A stretch of 64,000 nucleotides of DNA from the human T2T-CHM13v2.0 reference genome, Homo sapiens (GCF_009914755.1 NC_060932.1), one strand, 5' to 3'; positions 1-14,382 are shown, counted from the stretch's first letter. The notes: generated by a model from the letters alone, not told the origin. Program-made: numbers and translations.

Positions 1-55
1 TGCCTCAGCCTCCCAAAATGCTGGGATTACTGGCATGAGCCACTGCACCCAGCCC
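1..55 (-). mobile_element. Alu 5' end (truncated by window edge)
   Basis: cctcccaaaatgctgggattac...gagccactgcacccagcc is the reverse complement of the Alu left-arm start. Confidence 0.9.
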
Positions 56-799
56 CTAGCCAGTTTTTCTAAAACTGTAGAAAAGCCTTTTTTCTTTATC
101 ATTGTTGAAACCAAGATAGTTTAAAATCAAAGTCTTTAATGGCAAATAGAAATATAAACATAAATGGAATTAAGCTTCTCTGTTTATTCTCTTCTAACTC
201 TGGACATATAATCAGCAAATTTGAAGTGTTTGTTTGGGATGTTCTTACATAAATTTTTTTGTACACCTGAAATTCAGCTTGGGGAATCCTGGAGAACATC
301 TCAGGCAATCACCCTGCAAAACAGCTAAAACTATGATATGAGAAACCAGTATAATTGTGGGACAAAAGTGATATCATATTAAGCTGCTACAGACAGAGAA
401 AAAGACCGTAGGTTTTCCAACATGAGCCTCAAACCAAAAACCACAAGGGCTGACCTTCTGAAGTACAATGATTAATTTGCTTTGGGGTATTTTATGTAGC
501 TTGTTTAGTGTGAAAAACTACAGGGATTTAATGATTCTCCCAAGTACTGTTGGAGAGACTGGCTAGTATATGTATGTGTAAATATCTCCTTGACAATCAG
601 AAGCATATTTTCAGGCATCCTACCTATTGTTTAATGATTTTAAAGTGTCAGTCCTTCTCTGAGTTTGGTGTGGTAGGGTCCAACATAAGCCAACGTAAGC
701 CTTGTTCTTAACTTTTCTGAGTGTGAACAGGAATAGCACCAAGAGACAAAATTCATATTATCATTGTGATTTTAATTTTTGATGGAAATTGGATATTTT

Positions 800-1273
800 A
801 TATGGCTGAGAGTCTGAATATACAAATGGACAGTGGCCATGCCATGTATGACAAAACTCTGGCAGCAGTCAGCCTTGGAAGCCAACACAACTTTTGCAGC
901 AATAGGATCAGAATGGTATGGACTTGGTAACTGCCAGCTTCCCTAATTTTGCCCTCTCTTCCCTCTCTTTGACCTCTTTTGTTGGTCCTGGTTCTCTTCA
1001 GGACCAACAAAAAAAAGCCGAGTATGTTCCCTAAATCAATCACATAGGATGCCCACTAGATTCTAGTTAACTCATTTTCAGCTTCCTATGTTAACAGCCT
1101 CCAATGGGAGTATGCCTAAAATCTTCTCTTTTTTTCACTATAAAGATTTCCCACTACTTTGCCTATATTTGAGTCTCTGCAAAATACAAGTGATGGAGGC
1201 TGACTCCCTGGCTATAGCAAGCTCTGAATAAATAGCCTCTGTTCCTATTGGGGATGTCTTCATGTATTTCCAC
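800..1273 (+). mobile_element. Old solo LTR, MER74/MER73-like (ERVL)
   Basis: TATAAA at ~1139, AATAAA at ~1227 and ends ...tttccaCA; resembles the MER74-family 3' end (gcaagctctgaataaatagcc); boundaries approximate. Confidence 0.5.
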
Positions 1274-1949
1274 ATAGCTAAGGCATACTTTAAATTTGTA
1301 TACACAAATGAATCTGAATGACAGGACAGTGCATTAGAGTGTTTTTCCTAGGAGCTGGATGGCAACTCCACATGGAATGATATGTGGTACCACCCCCACA
1401 TTCCAATCTCTAAAGTAACTGCGTGTGGTAAGGAGATTTAGAAACATGGGTTATAAATTTTATATATTGCTTATTTCCATTTTTTAAATAATCATTGGTT
1501 ATTTTTACTTTTGTTAAATTATGTATCTTATCTATACTGGATAACAACTACCCACATCATTATTACATTTAACTGGAAAATGACTTTTTTCCCTTATTTC
1601 CTAACTTAACAGTTCATACTTTTTTTGAAAAAGGAACATAATTAGTTTAATATATTCATTAGGCAATTTCTTAACTTATCCAAGATAACTACCATCTGGA
1701 CCTGCTGGTTTAGATTTATTCTAATTGTCAATATATTCCATTACATTACTTTGTTTCTTGCACAGACTGATGAGATAATTCAATTTTTAACCCTTCCCTA
1801 GTCAAAGTTTGAAAACTCTTAATATTGCTTTAGGACATTATAATTTTTACTAGTAGATAATAATTTATTTTTCTCTTCTCCTCCTTTGTTTCTTCTTCCT
1901 CCCACCTCTTTTTTTAAAATGGATTTTAGCTCTAAGAAATTTTTTTGAC

Positions 1950-2520
1950 CTGTGTTGGTCTCTCCTGTAGCCCCAGCACCTAGAACAAAGCCTGGCATAA
2001 TGCAGTAAATGCTCAATAAATATTTGTTAAATGAATTGACCATATTTAATTAAGAAATAAAGATTATGTTATTAAAATTTATAATAAGAATATTAGATTG
2101 GTCAAAATAAATGATCTCAACTTTTAATCCCCCAATCAGGTATCGGTGGTCAGAAACAAAGAAGTCCAATAACTTGAATTTCTAATCTCCTTACCTAAGG
2201 CTAAACCAACAGCAAGTGATTCTTTAATAAATCAGGGGTTAGCAGCACCAAAGTTGGGCTGATGCAGGAGAAGAGTACTATTCAGGAAAGTATGAGCAGG
2301 CAGAAAGCCAAGGTGAAATATTTGGAATCAAACAGCCACCATTTTTTTCACTCCAGCTCTGAATTTACTAACGTGGAATGAACATATTTTTAAGCTCCTC
2401 TAAGCCTTGGTTTCCTTCTCTGGAAAAGAAATTGCAGATAATAGTCGTACTGCCTCATAGGGTTGCTCTTAACATAATGAGATAATGTCTGTAAGACATA
2501 TAGTTTACTGCCTGGCCAAA
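1950..2520 (+). mobile_element. L2 3' end (~1950-2040) and MIR fragment (~2345-2520)
   Basis: cctggcata...gctcaataaatatttgttaaatgaa is an L2 tail; agccttggtttcctt...tgcctcatagggttg...tgagataatg is a MIR core. Confidence 0.65.
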
Positions 2521-2786
2521 CTGAAAATTAGCCACCAATGATAAAGATATATAAAATGTATGCATACTGACAGCAAGGGGAAAGAAGGGAAAAAAGATAT
2601 ATAAATATTTTTAATTGGTGTCACTGTTTTAGGATTCTACAGCCCTTTTCGTCAACATTTACTGTGTCTCTATCTGATTATAGTACCTGTAGCAGACACT
2701 AGAGCACTGGAGAGAGGTAAGCACAGCCCTTGCCCTTGGGATATTTACACACCTCATAAAACAATTCAAGAGTACTTATAAAGTAA

Positions 2787-3221
<435 letters not shown>

Positions 3222-4902
3222 TAACAACAATAGGGAAGAACTGTTTGACTTAGGCGCTCCCTCTTTGCCCCATAGCACTGTGTGTATACCCAACTTAGAC
3301 TGGGAACAGAAGAGGTGGCAGGGAAGGCTTTTGCCAAACTGAACATCTATTCAGTGCTGAGACACTAAACAAAATAAGTATTGGGGACACAGACACAGGT
3401 CAAAGGAAATCACTGTCTAACAAGGAAAACATAAAAGATCTGATAAATGCTGTGATAACACAGTATAGAGGGGCTCCAGCTGTGTTGAGGAGAAAGATAC
3501 AACCAGCCTGGGGAGGTGATCAGTTGAATGACCCCTGAGTAGTCTTCAAAGGCAAGTTCAATTGGGACACATGGGGTAGGGAGAGAACAACAATCCAAGA
3601 GGGAAAACAGCATTGGCAAAGGCAAGGAGGAATAGAAAAATGGAATGCTGTCCAAACTCCAAGTAATTGGAGGGTTAGAGCAAAGGGAGTGTGAAGAGGG
3701 TGGTGTCTCCATTTTAGCTCGCTCAAAAACAACTGTATTTCAAGTTCCCCATGATACCAGCTGAAAAAGTAAAGAAAATTGAGATTTGGATGAAATTTGT
3801 CATATCACATGACAACCAGTCATCACTACTTCAGCAATTCAATGAACACTTGCTGCACATTTTGTCATGCACAAGATACCATGCTAAAGGAGGTAGAAAG
3901 AGAAAACAGTTTGGCCCTTAAGGAACTTGCTAATGGTAGAAGACAAGTAAAGAATTATCACAAATAAAATATGCCATAAATACCATAAGAAAAGTATAAA
4001 TAAACACCAGATTCAATGAAGGTAAATATCTCATCTTGTTGGAGAGATCAGAAAATGATTCATGGAAATAAACTAAGGATTAGCAGGATTTTTATGTGAT
4101 TTAATATGGTAAGGAGGAAGGAAGTAGAGAAATCACATGGCAAGTTTAGAAAACAACAAAGAATCTAGTTTGGCTAGAACAAAGTGTACAGAGTAGAATG
4201 ATGGGAGAGATTGCTAGAAAGTTAGGACCATTAGGAGATTCTAAATTCTGCTACGTTTTTAGTAGGAGGCAACATGACGGGCCACATTTTGGTACAAATA
4301 ACCAGGCAGTGGACGTTTAGGAGAGATTCAAATGGGGAGAATTTGAATCTCCCCAAATTCAAATTCTCACGTTTGAAACATGAGAAGAAAGAAACAAACG
4401 TGTTAGGAGGCATTTATAGTAATCTAGGCAGGATGAGATTAGGACCTGAACCGAACACTACCTTTCTGCAGGAATGAGAATGCCAGAGGGAAATCACTGG
4501 TTGCACGCCACCACCATTCACAATAGCACTCACCTGCCAGGTTTCCATTGCTCCTTCTACTCCTCTGGCTCCACAGTCCATGCTGAGGGAGCCAGGAGTG
4601 CAGAGCTGTTGGGCAAGTAAACACAGATGGCCAAAGCACAAACCAGGGCCCGCCAATAGGTGTTCTGGGGAAACCAATAAGGTATTCCAGGAAAACAGTA
4701 CACTCTTGCAAGCCAACTAAAATATTTTAATTACCAACTCTAAGTAATAACTATTACCAAAATTTATTCTATATACACTTTAAAAATTAACTCAAGGAAC
4801 ATTTCCCCTATTTGGCAATGTCACAGCACATCAGCGTCAAATATATAAAAGCTACATTTACTTTTTTGAAGAAAAGCCAAAATCATCATAAATGAGTCTT
4901 TG

Positions 4903-4915
4903 GTGCCCCCTTGTG
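4903..4915 (-). promoter_or_regulatory. Candidate CTCF core motif
   Basis: minus strand CACAAGGGGGCAC matches the CTCF core CCASYAGRKGGCRS; motif match only. Confidence 0.4.
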
Positions 4916-5531
4916 AAATGTTCAGTGTAATCCTTGAAATACCCTCCATACAGAAATAATGGGTATTTCAATTTTTAAAAACACTTAAAGCATTTTCTAT
5001 TTATGGTACACTATTTTTAATGGAAATAACTGAAAATAAAGCCATAATAAATAACTTAGTGCAAACCAGGAACATAACAGATAAAATTTTTTAAAGTTCC
5101 GTAAATTTTTGTGTCATACAATTATGACAATTTTGCTTTGTGTTGTAAACTAAGCAAAGGTAGTGAAAAAACTTAGCTTTACACAGTGCTAAGTATCAAA
5201 ATATTTTCTCAAGAGCAATTCAATCCTTAAATTATTGCTAGGAAATCCATAATAAGACTTAAGTCTTTCAATAGCTAGGATAAATGTAAATCCATATTTG
5301 TGTATAAAATTATCAGATAGCTCTTAAAGTGTTGTTTCTCTTTACATTATTTGCCACAAGTTTCTGGCAATTTTTTCTAAACTATGGAGTTAGAAACAGA
5401 AAATACCTGCCCTTCCTGAAACTAAGTAGAAGTCAAATAGGAAGAATAATCTTACCCATTAGTTAGCAAGACTGTCAAGGCAACAGACCATAGGGAGAAA
5501 AGATTGAGAGGTTATTACCCCAAGTCAATAG

Positions 5532-5866
<335 letters not shown>

Positions 5867-6435
5867 AATTTTCATTATTTTCTTATATCCTTATTAAGAA
5901 GTGAAACAAACCACAAAAATAAAGTGCTAAATTTAATCATTCCTCTTGTTTTGGAACCTCCTTGGGAACCCACAGTACATCCATCAATAAATGTTTGGTC
6001 AATTTTTCTTATTGCTTTCCCTCACCTAATAATAAAAATCTGATAAGAACGTAGCAATAACTGGAATGTAGAAATACTTACTCTTGTTTTCATGCCATAT
6101 CTTTATAAACACTTTGGAACTGGAGCAGTTCTCTTTCTTTTGAGCTGAGCTCTTGGATAATAGTATACTCATTTCATTCATTTAGATTTTCAAGTAATGA
6201 AATTGTTTAAGCTACTCATGAGCTAAGGAACTACTTTATTCAAGCAAAATTATTCTCAATTAGAATTGTTTTTTCCCTGAGTAGACCAACTTATTTTTAA
6301 AAACAGGAAAACAATTTTCCATTTATGACATTGTAATTACATGTGTACTGAGTTTACCAGTAGCTCTACAAGGAGTTTTGTTATGTACTAATGGCAGACT
6401 GCTTGTTAGAATACTGGCCCCTACTTTCTGTGTGA

Positions 6436-6730
6436 TTTTTTTTTTTGAGACAGCGTCTTGCTGTGTCTCCTAGGCTGGAGTGCAGTGCTATGATCATGGC
6501 TCACTGCAGCCTTGGCCTTCTGGGCTCAAGTGATCCTCCCTCCTCTGCCTCCTGAGTATCTGGGACTACAGGCATGCACTACCATGCCCAGCTAGTATTT
6601 TTTAAATTTTTGTAAAGACAGGGTCTTGCTATGCTGCCCAGGCTGGTCTCACACTCTTGGGCTCAAGTAATCCTCCTGCCTCAGCCTCTGAAAGTGCTGA
6701 GATTACAGGTGTAAGCCACCATGCCTGGCC
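6436..6730 (-). mobile_element. AluJ
   Basis: diverged dimeric Alu with J-type atcatggctcactgcagcc/gggctcaag. Confidence 0.88.
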
Positions 6731-7939
6731 TAAGCCGGACATTTTTTTGCAAGCTGGTTAGAAGTTGATTTTATAGTTTCATTTGGCAGGATGATAATGA
6801 TATCAAGGTTATATATTCTATCCCCACAAATGCTATTTCATTTTATTCTATTCACATGCAGGCAAATGTGTAGTAACACAAATTGGTGTAAGAGTTTCCA
6901 GAGTGAGTTCACAATACATCATGCCTTTTAACTTTCCATTTATAGATAAAGGAAATAGGCTCAGATGCAATAAGTAACTTGCATAAGGGGACAACTAGTA
7001 AGTAGCTCAGGAGACCAACCCCAGCTTTTTAACTTCTAGACTAAGGTTCCTTCCATTATACCCTAAATGGTTCTACTCAGCTAAAAGAATGAGTAGACCA
7101 AATATATTCATGACTATATATTTACATGGAATTTAAGAAATCATTTAGATCCCACTTTTTGTATATTAAAGCATTAATCACTGAAAATCAAACATTAAGA
7201 AATTAACAAATTATTAGGATAAAATTGTTTAGTTACTATTTTATAGTGGTTTACTTGGATGAAAGTACCAATAGCACCAAAAAAAGCAACTTGTTCAATA
7301 ACTATTTACTAAGCACCTTTTACTTGGCTGGCACTATGCTAGGTGCTAGGGATACAATGGTATTTACATCAAACGTGCGATACTCTAGGACTTCACAGAG
7401 GTTACAGAGAAATAAAGTTAACAACTGATTTAAATAAAGTGAACTAAGTGCCATGACAGAGGATGTACAAGCTGCTATGGAAGTACACGGTTGGGAAAAC
7501 TGGTCCAGTCAGTTATGACAATACACAATAACAATAGTGTCGCTTTTTTCTGGGTAGCTGGATCCTCTGTTTGATGAAGTTGTATACAATACTATATGAT
7601 TTTCTTCTAGTTAACCTATCTCTTGACCCCATCACAAACATAAAACCCACCAAAAAGAAATGCCTTTTGAATTCCTACTCTGATCTTTTTTCTTCAGAGT
7701 TTTATTACAAAATCATTAAAATACGGGTATTCAGTCTTAATACTACTTCATTCACATATACTTGATTGTAATATTTAAACCCCAAATAAAATCAGAAATA
7801 TAGAAAACATCCATTTCCATTGTTTCACAGTACTTGTAGTAAAGAGAACCACTTATTTATTGTTGATTTCTAAAATTAAATGTGATAAAATATTTTTCAC
7901 CACCAAAGTGAAATAAAAGATTACATTCTAATGGGCTGG

Positions 7940-10190
7940 TGTATTAGTCCGTTTTCATGCTGCTGATAAAGACATACCCGAGACTGGGAAGAAAAAGAGG
8001 TTTAATTGGACTTACAGTTCCACATGGCTAAGGAGGCCTCAGAATCATGGTGGGAGGCAAAAGGCACTTCTTACATAGAGGTGGAAGAGAAAATGAGGAA
8101 GAAGCAAAAGTGGAAACCCCTGATAAACCCATCAGATCTCCTGAGACTTATTCACTATCCTGAGAATAGCACAGGAAAGACCTGCCCCCATGACTCAATT
8201 ACCTCCCTCCTGGGTCCCTCCCACAACATGTGGGAATTCAAGGTGAGATTTGGGTGGGGACGCCACCAAACCATATCATTCTGCCCCTGGCCCCCCCAAA
8301 TCTCATGTCCACACATTTCAAAACCAATTATGCCTTCCCAACAGTGCCCCAAAGTCTTAACTCATTTCAGCATTAACTCAAAAGTCCAGTCCAAAGTCTC
8401 ATCTGAGATAAGGCAAGTCCCCTCTGCCTATGAGCCTGTAATACAAAAGCAAGCTAATTACTTCCTAGATACAATGGGAGTACAGGTATTGGGGAAACGC
8501 TACTGTTCCAAATGGGAAAAATTAGCCAAAACAAAGAGGTTACAGGGCCCATGGAAGTCCAAAAACAAGTGGGGCAGCCAAATTTTAAAGCTCCAAAATG
8601 ATCTCCTTTGATTACAGGTCTCACATCCAGGTCACGCTGATGCAAAAGGTAGGTTCTCATGGTCTTGGGCAGCTCTGCCCCTGTGGCTTTGCAGGGTATA
8701 GCCTTCCTCCTGGCTGCTTTCATGGGCTGGCATTGAATGTCTGCAGTTTTTCCAGGCACATGGTGCAAGCTGTCAGTGGATCTACCATTCTGGGGTCTGA
8801 AGGATGGTGGCCCTCTTCTCACAGCTCCACTAGGCAGTGCCCCAGTAGGGACTCTGTGTGGGGAATCGAACCCCACATTTTCCTTCCTCACTGCCCTAGC
8901 AGAGGTTCTCCATGAGGGCCCCACCCCTGCAGCAAACTTTTGCCTGGGCATCCAGGCATTTCCATACATCTTCTGAAATCTAGGCAGAGGTTCCCAAACC
9001 TCAATTCTTGACTTCTGTGCACCCACAGGCTCAACACCAGGTGGAAGCTGCCAAGCCTCTGAAGCCACAGCCCAAGCTGTACACTGGCCCCTTTCAGCCA
9101 TGGCTGGAGTGGCTGGGACACAGGTCACCAAGTCCCTAGGCTGCACACAGCCCAGGGACCCTGGGCCAGGCCCATGAAACCACTTTTTCCTCGTAGGCCT
9201 CCAGGCTTATGATGGGAGGGGCTGCTGTAAAGGTCTCTGACATGGCCTGGAGACATTTTCCCCATGGTCTTGGGGATTAACATTTGGCTCCTTGCTACTT
9301 GTGCAAATTTCTGCAGCCGGCTTGAATTTCTCCCCAGAAAATGGGTTTTTCTTTTCTATTGCATAGTCAGGCTGCGAATTTTCCAAAGTTTTATGCTCTG
9401 CTTCCCTTATAAAACTGAGTGCCTTTAATGACACCCAAGTTATCTCTTGAATGCTTTGCTGCTTAGGAACTTCTTCTGCCAGATACCCTAAATCATCTTT
9501 CTCAAGTTTAAAGTTTCACAAATTTCTAGGGCAGGGCCAAAATGGCACCAGTCTCTTTGCTAAAACATAACAAGAGTCACCTTTACTCCAGTTCCCAACA
9601 AGTTCCTCATCTCCATCTGAGACCACCTCAGCCTGGACTTTATTGTCCATACTGCTATAAGCATTGGGGCAAAGCCATTCAACAAGTCTGTAGGAAGTTC
9701 CAAAATTTCCCACATTTTCCTGTATTCTTCTGAGCCCTCCAAACTGTCCCAACCTCTGCCTGTTACCCAGTTCCAAAATCGCTTCCACATTTTTGGGTAT
9801 CTTTTCAGCAACACCCCACTCTACTTGTACCAATTTACTCTATTAGTCCATTTTCATGCTGCTGATAAAGACATACCTGAGACTGGGAAGAAAAAGAGGT
9901 TTAATTGTACTTACAGTTCCACATGGCTGGGGAGGCCTCAGAATCATGGTGGGAGGCAAAAGGTACTTCTTACATGGTGGTGGAGAGAAAACGAGGAAGA
10001 ACCAAAAGCGGAAACCCCTGTTAAACCCATCAGATCTCCTGAGACTTATTCACTATCTGGAGAATAGCATGGGAAAGACCTGCCCCCATGATTCAATTAC
10101 CTCCTCCTGGGTCCCTCCCACAACACGTGGGAATTCTGGGAGATACAATTCAAGTTGAGATTTGAGTGGGGACACTGCCAAACCATATCA
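7940..10190 (-). mobile_element. Full-length THE1A (MaLR) element: 3' LTR 7940-8278, internal 8279-9838, 5' LTR 9839-10190
   Basis: two near-identical LTRs starting TGATATGGTTTGG on the minus strand; THE1-int sequence between them; 5-bp TSD GCTGG at 7935-7939 and 10191-10195. Confidence 0.93.
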
Positions 10191-10626
10191 GCTGGGTAAC
10201 CACAAAATGACAAAGGTGATCAGATCAAGAGATCAGTATGACTGCAATATATAAAAGACAATAACAGAGTGTCTCATGATGGACTAGAAATAGGATTCCA
10301 GATTCCTTCATCGTACTACTGACATTTTTCACATGTAAAGTAAATGTTTCTATTTCCTTTTGCATTATTCTGTAATAAAATAAGAAAAATTCATAAGATA
10401 TTGGGAAATGTGAGTATTTAAAATGACCCATTAAACTGAATAGACAACATTGCATTTCATTTTTTTTAAATATGTCAAGGAACTGGATCTGTGATTTTTA
10501 AGATCTAAAAAGTCACTGAAGGAATGTCATTTAGGCCAGGCAGAAATCAAGAGTATAAAATAGCAATACTGTTCATATGACAGATGAAGATATGGTTTGA
10601 TCTGAGCCACAGAAAGAGAGGGCTTA

Positions 10627-11780
<1,154 letters not shown>

Positions 11781-12153
11781 TTATCTCTTTCTTGCTGTTC
11801 TATGAATGGATCATGCAAACTCAAATCATTTTTGGAAATGATTTATAAATCGTTTAAGTACTTTATAAATAACTTAGTAAATCTTCTTACTTAAATCTGT
11901 CTTTTCCAAGCAGCCCAAATTTGTCAGAATTTCCAGATTAAATAAATGAAATCTGTGCCTGTAGTTCTAGAATTTTTTAAAGTACTTATTTGAAATGTGT
12001 TACTTACAAGGGTATATTAGCTAAGACTCCCATTATGAATAACTATATACTTCCAATAATTTACTCTTTATGTCTTCCTAGTAATATTCAGTAAATTTTA
12101 CTTAACCAGAGACTGAAATTATAGAATAAATTCAATAGAACTTCTGAAAATAT

Positions 12154-12159
12154 TTTATT
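12154..12159 (-). terminator. FBXO43: FBXO43 poly(A) signal (distal; a proximal one is at 12354-12359)
   Basis: TTTATT on plus = AATAAA on minus, downstream of the stop codon. Confidence 0.6.
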
Positions 12160-12581
12160 TATATTTCATTTCAGTCAAGTACTCATTTTCCAAATCTATA
12201 AGGCCATCTGTCTAGAGTTCAAAATCTTTAATATTATCTGAAAAACTATTTTTTAAAAAAGGATTGAAGAACATGTCAAGAGTGATGAAATGCACAAATT
12301 TAAAATGTTACATAAAACAATAAAGTACATACATATAACAACAATGAAAATTCTTTATTTAAAATACCAAGTTATTAAAATGGGTAAAATGACATAGTAA
12401 AATAAAATTTTTTCAAAACAACTTTAAAGAAAACATACAATGACATCGATTATAATATATACAAAATAGGAAATTAATCATCACCTGTCATTAATGGGAA
12501 GATTTGCATGTATTCAAAATATTCATAATTTTAAGTCAGATAAATAGAACACTGCATGGGGGAGTTCTATATTTAGTCTCT

Positions 12582-12830
12582 TCAGAGGCGTTTTAAATTC
12601 CGCTTACTCTGGGCACTTCCTGGGAGAGCATCTTTTCTATTTCTTGGCTTTGCTGCTCCTCTACTACATTCTTCAGACCCATGATAAGCACACAGACATA
12701 ACACACAAAAGTCAAAACCACAGGCTGTTCGGCTACACAGTCCCCTTTTCTTATATGGCTGGTACTTAGCAGGGGACTGGCACCTTGGGCAAGGTTTTAA
12801 TGCTTCATCAGTAAAAAGTGTTTTGGCAAC
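12582..12830 (-). CDS. FBXO43: FBXO43/EMI2 last coding exon: zinc-binding region (ZBR) and C-terminal RL tail
   Basis: ctgcag|GTT acceptor; [21 protein letters not shown]...[19 protein letters not shown]...KRNLKRL-TGA; 249 nt. Confidence 0.97.
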   Translation of the reverse strand, partial: VAKTLFTDEALKPCPRCQSPAKYQPYKKRGLCSRTACGFDFCVLCLCAYHGSEECSRGAAKPRNRKDALPGSAQSKRNLKRL

Positions 12831-12940
12831 CTGCAGTGAAAGCACACACACTAAATCTTCTGGTTTCATATAGAGGAGCACTTTATTTCAAACTCTGTAA
12901 ATATTTATTTCTAATAACTTATGACATAATAAATACTTAC

Positions 12941-13144
12941 CTTAACATATTCTTCCTGTTTACTACTTAAGTGAGTAACAGAAGAGCTTGCTAGAGGTGT
13001 CAAAACTTCTCCCCAGGGAGATAATGTTGACCCTTGCTCTCTCTGAGAACCAGGTATCCTAGCCTGTGCCTGCACAGATCTTAAAGCTGAGCGATTTAAA
13101 AGCTGGAGCCGAGTGGCAGCATCCTCGACATTTAATACAGCCCC
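12941..13144 (-). CDS. FBXO43: FBXO43 coding exon 4 (includes D-box-like RSALRSVQ)
   Basis: cacag|GGG ... AAG|gtaagt; 204 nt, phase 0-0; [25 protein letters not shown]...EEYVK. Confidence 0.96.
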
Positions 13145-13421
13145 CTGTGGTAAAGGACAAGAGGCATCAATACTGCAATACCAAAACAGTTCCGGGATAG
13201 CTTTCTGATGCACACGGATTTATATGCTTTGAAGAGGTTTTTTGCCATCCGAATTCTCTCCCTAGGCTGTTCCTTTTCAGAAAAAAAAACAAACAAAACA
13301 AAAAACCAACCTTTTCTCACCTAACATATAAAAGTTAAATAAATATAAAAAGAAAAAAATTTAAATTAAATTCTTCATCTAAGTTTGTATGGCTGGTTAT
13401 TTTTCCATTTATTTTAAACTT

Positions 13422-13560
13422 GGTTCAGCAAACCTTTCCTGCAAAAGGACCAGATAATATAATATATAATCTAGACTTTGTGGGCCATGTAGTTCCAGCT
13501 ACTCAACTCTGCGGTTGTAGAAAAAGCAGCTGTAGACAAGAAGTAAACAAAAGAGTGGAG
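13422..13560 (+). mobile_element. MER58-like hAT-Charlie MITE fragment
   Basis: agcaaac...ctttgtgggccat...actcaactctgc...aaagcagc resembles MER58. Confidence 0.55.
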
Positions 13561-14382
13561 AAAACCATCAAATAACTTTCTTTTATAATTTTTTTTGTTT
13601 TGGTTAATAATACATTAGAATAGTTCAAGTAGAAAGCAACCAGTCTATGTTGGAATAGGACAGCAAAGGGCCCCAGGAAGGATGTCTCTGAGGAAAAGAA
13701 GGAACAGGTAGAATACCTGATTTGTTTGGACTTACACAGAGGAGACTTTCAGTTCTGGTGGATAATGGGAGATGAATCAGGGATCTGTATAGAGAAACAC
13801 TAAGCAAAAATAAATAAATAAAAGAGAGAGAAAAAACTATGCAATTATTAACTGGAGGGAAAAAGTTACACTAGAACGGAAGTGTAATCATAGTGTACAA
13901 CATACTATAGCTGTGAAAAAAGTTATAATAATCTCAACACAATCTTTATAATGTCAGCACCTAATTCTGATTCATTCCCAAATGGTGGTGTAATTATAGT
14001 CATAAGATAGGAGAAGAGAGAAAGGAATTCAGAGAGAGAGGGGTTATGTAGGTAGTGGCAGTAGTAGTGAGAGGTTAGAGAACCTAATCCTTCTATAGAA
14101 AATAGTAAAGAAATGACAGGGAAATAAAATTATTTCGAAATATGGAGCTAAACACTAGAAGAAAGTGTTGAAAATGATTGTCTTGATGGAACAAGAATCA
14201 AGAGTATGAAGGCATAATGGTATATTTTGTTAGGATAGTCCAGTTTGACTTTTTAAACCATGTATTACTTTGAAAAAGATTTTAAAAAGCAAGTCAAAAT
14301 AAGAAAAAGAGCATAAGAAAGGGGGGAAAAGTACAGTTCTTTAAGAAACTGAGTTTTTAAAAAAGTGATTGCTAGAATATAA

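Noticed and set aside
1560-1931. Possible extra minus-strand exon (ELKSILKKEVGG…)
   Set aside because: Weak acceptor next to an L2, uncertain donor, and stop density about random. The fact that stops could derive from C>T is uninformative, since all stops begin with T
7500-7935. Protein-looking minus-strand frames beside the THE1A (…SLYYKYCETMEMDVF…)
   Set aside because: No convincing splice-site pair or recognisable homolog; subjective resemblance only
8006-9833. Long ORFs (201 aa, 230 aa, 105 aa) in the ORF track
   Set aside because: They lie within THE1A LTR/internal sequence, which commonly yields such frames; no host-gene features
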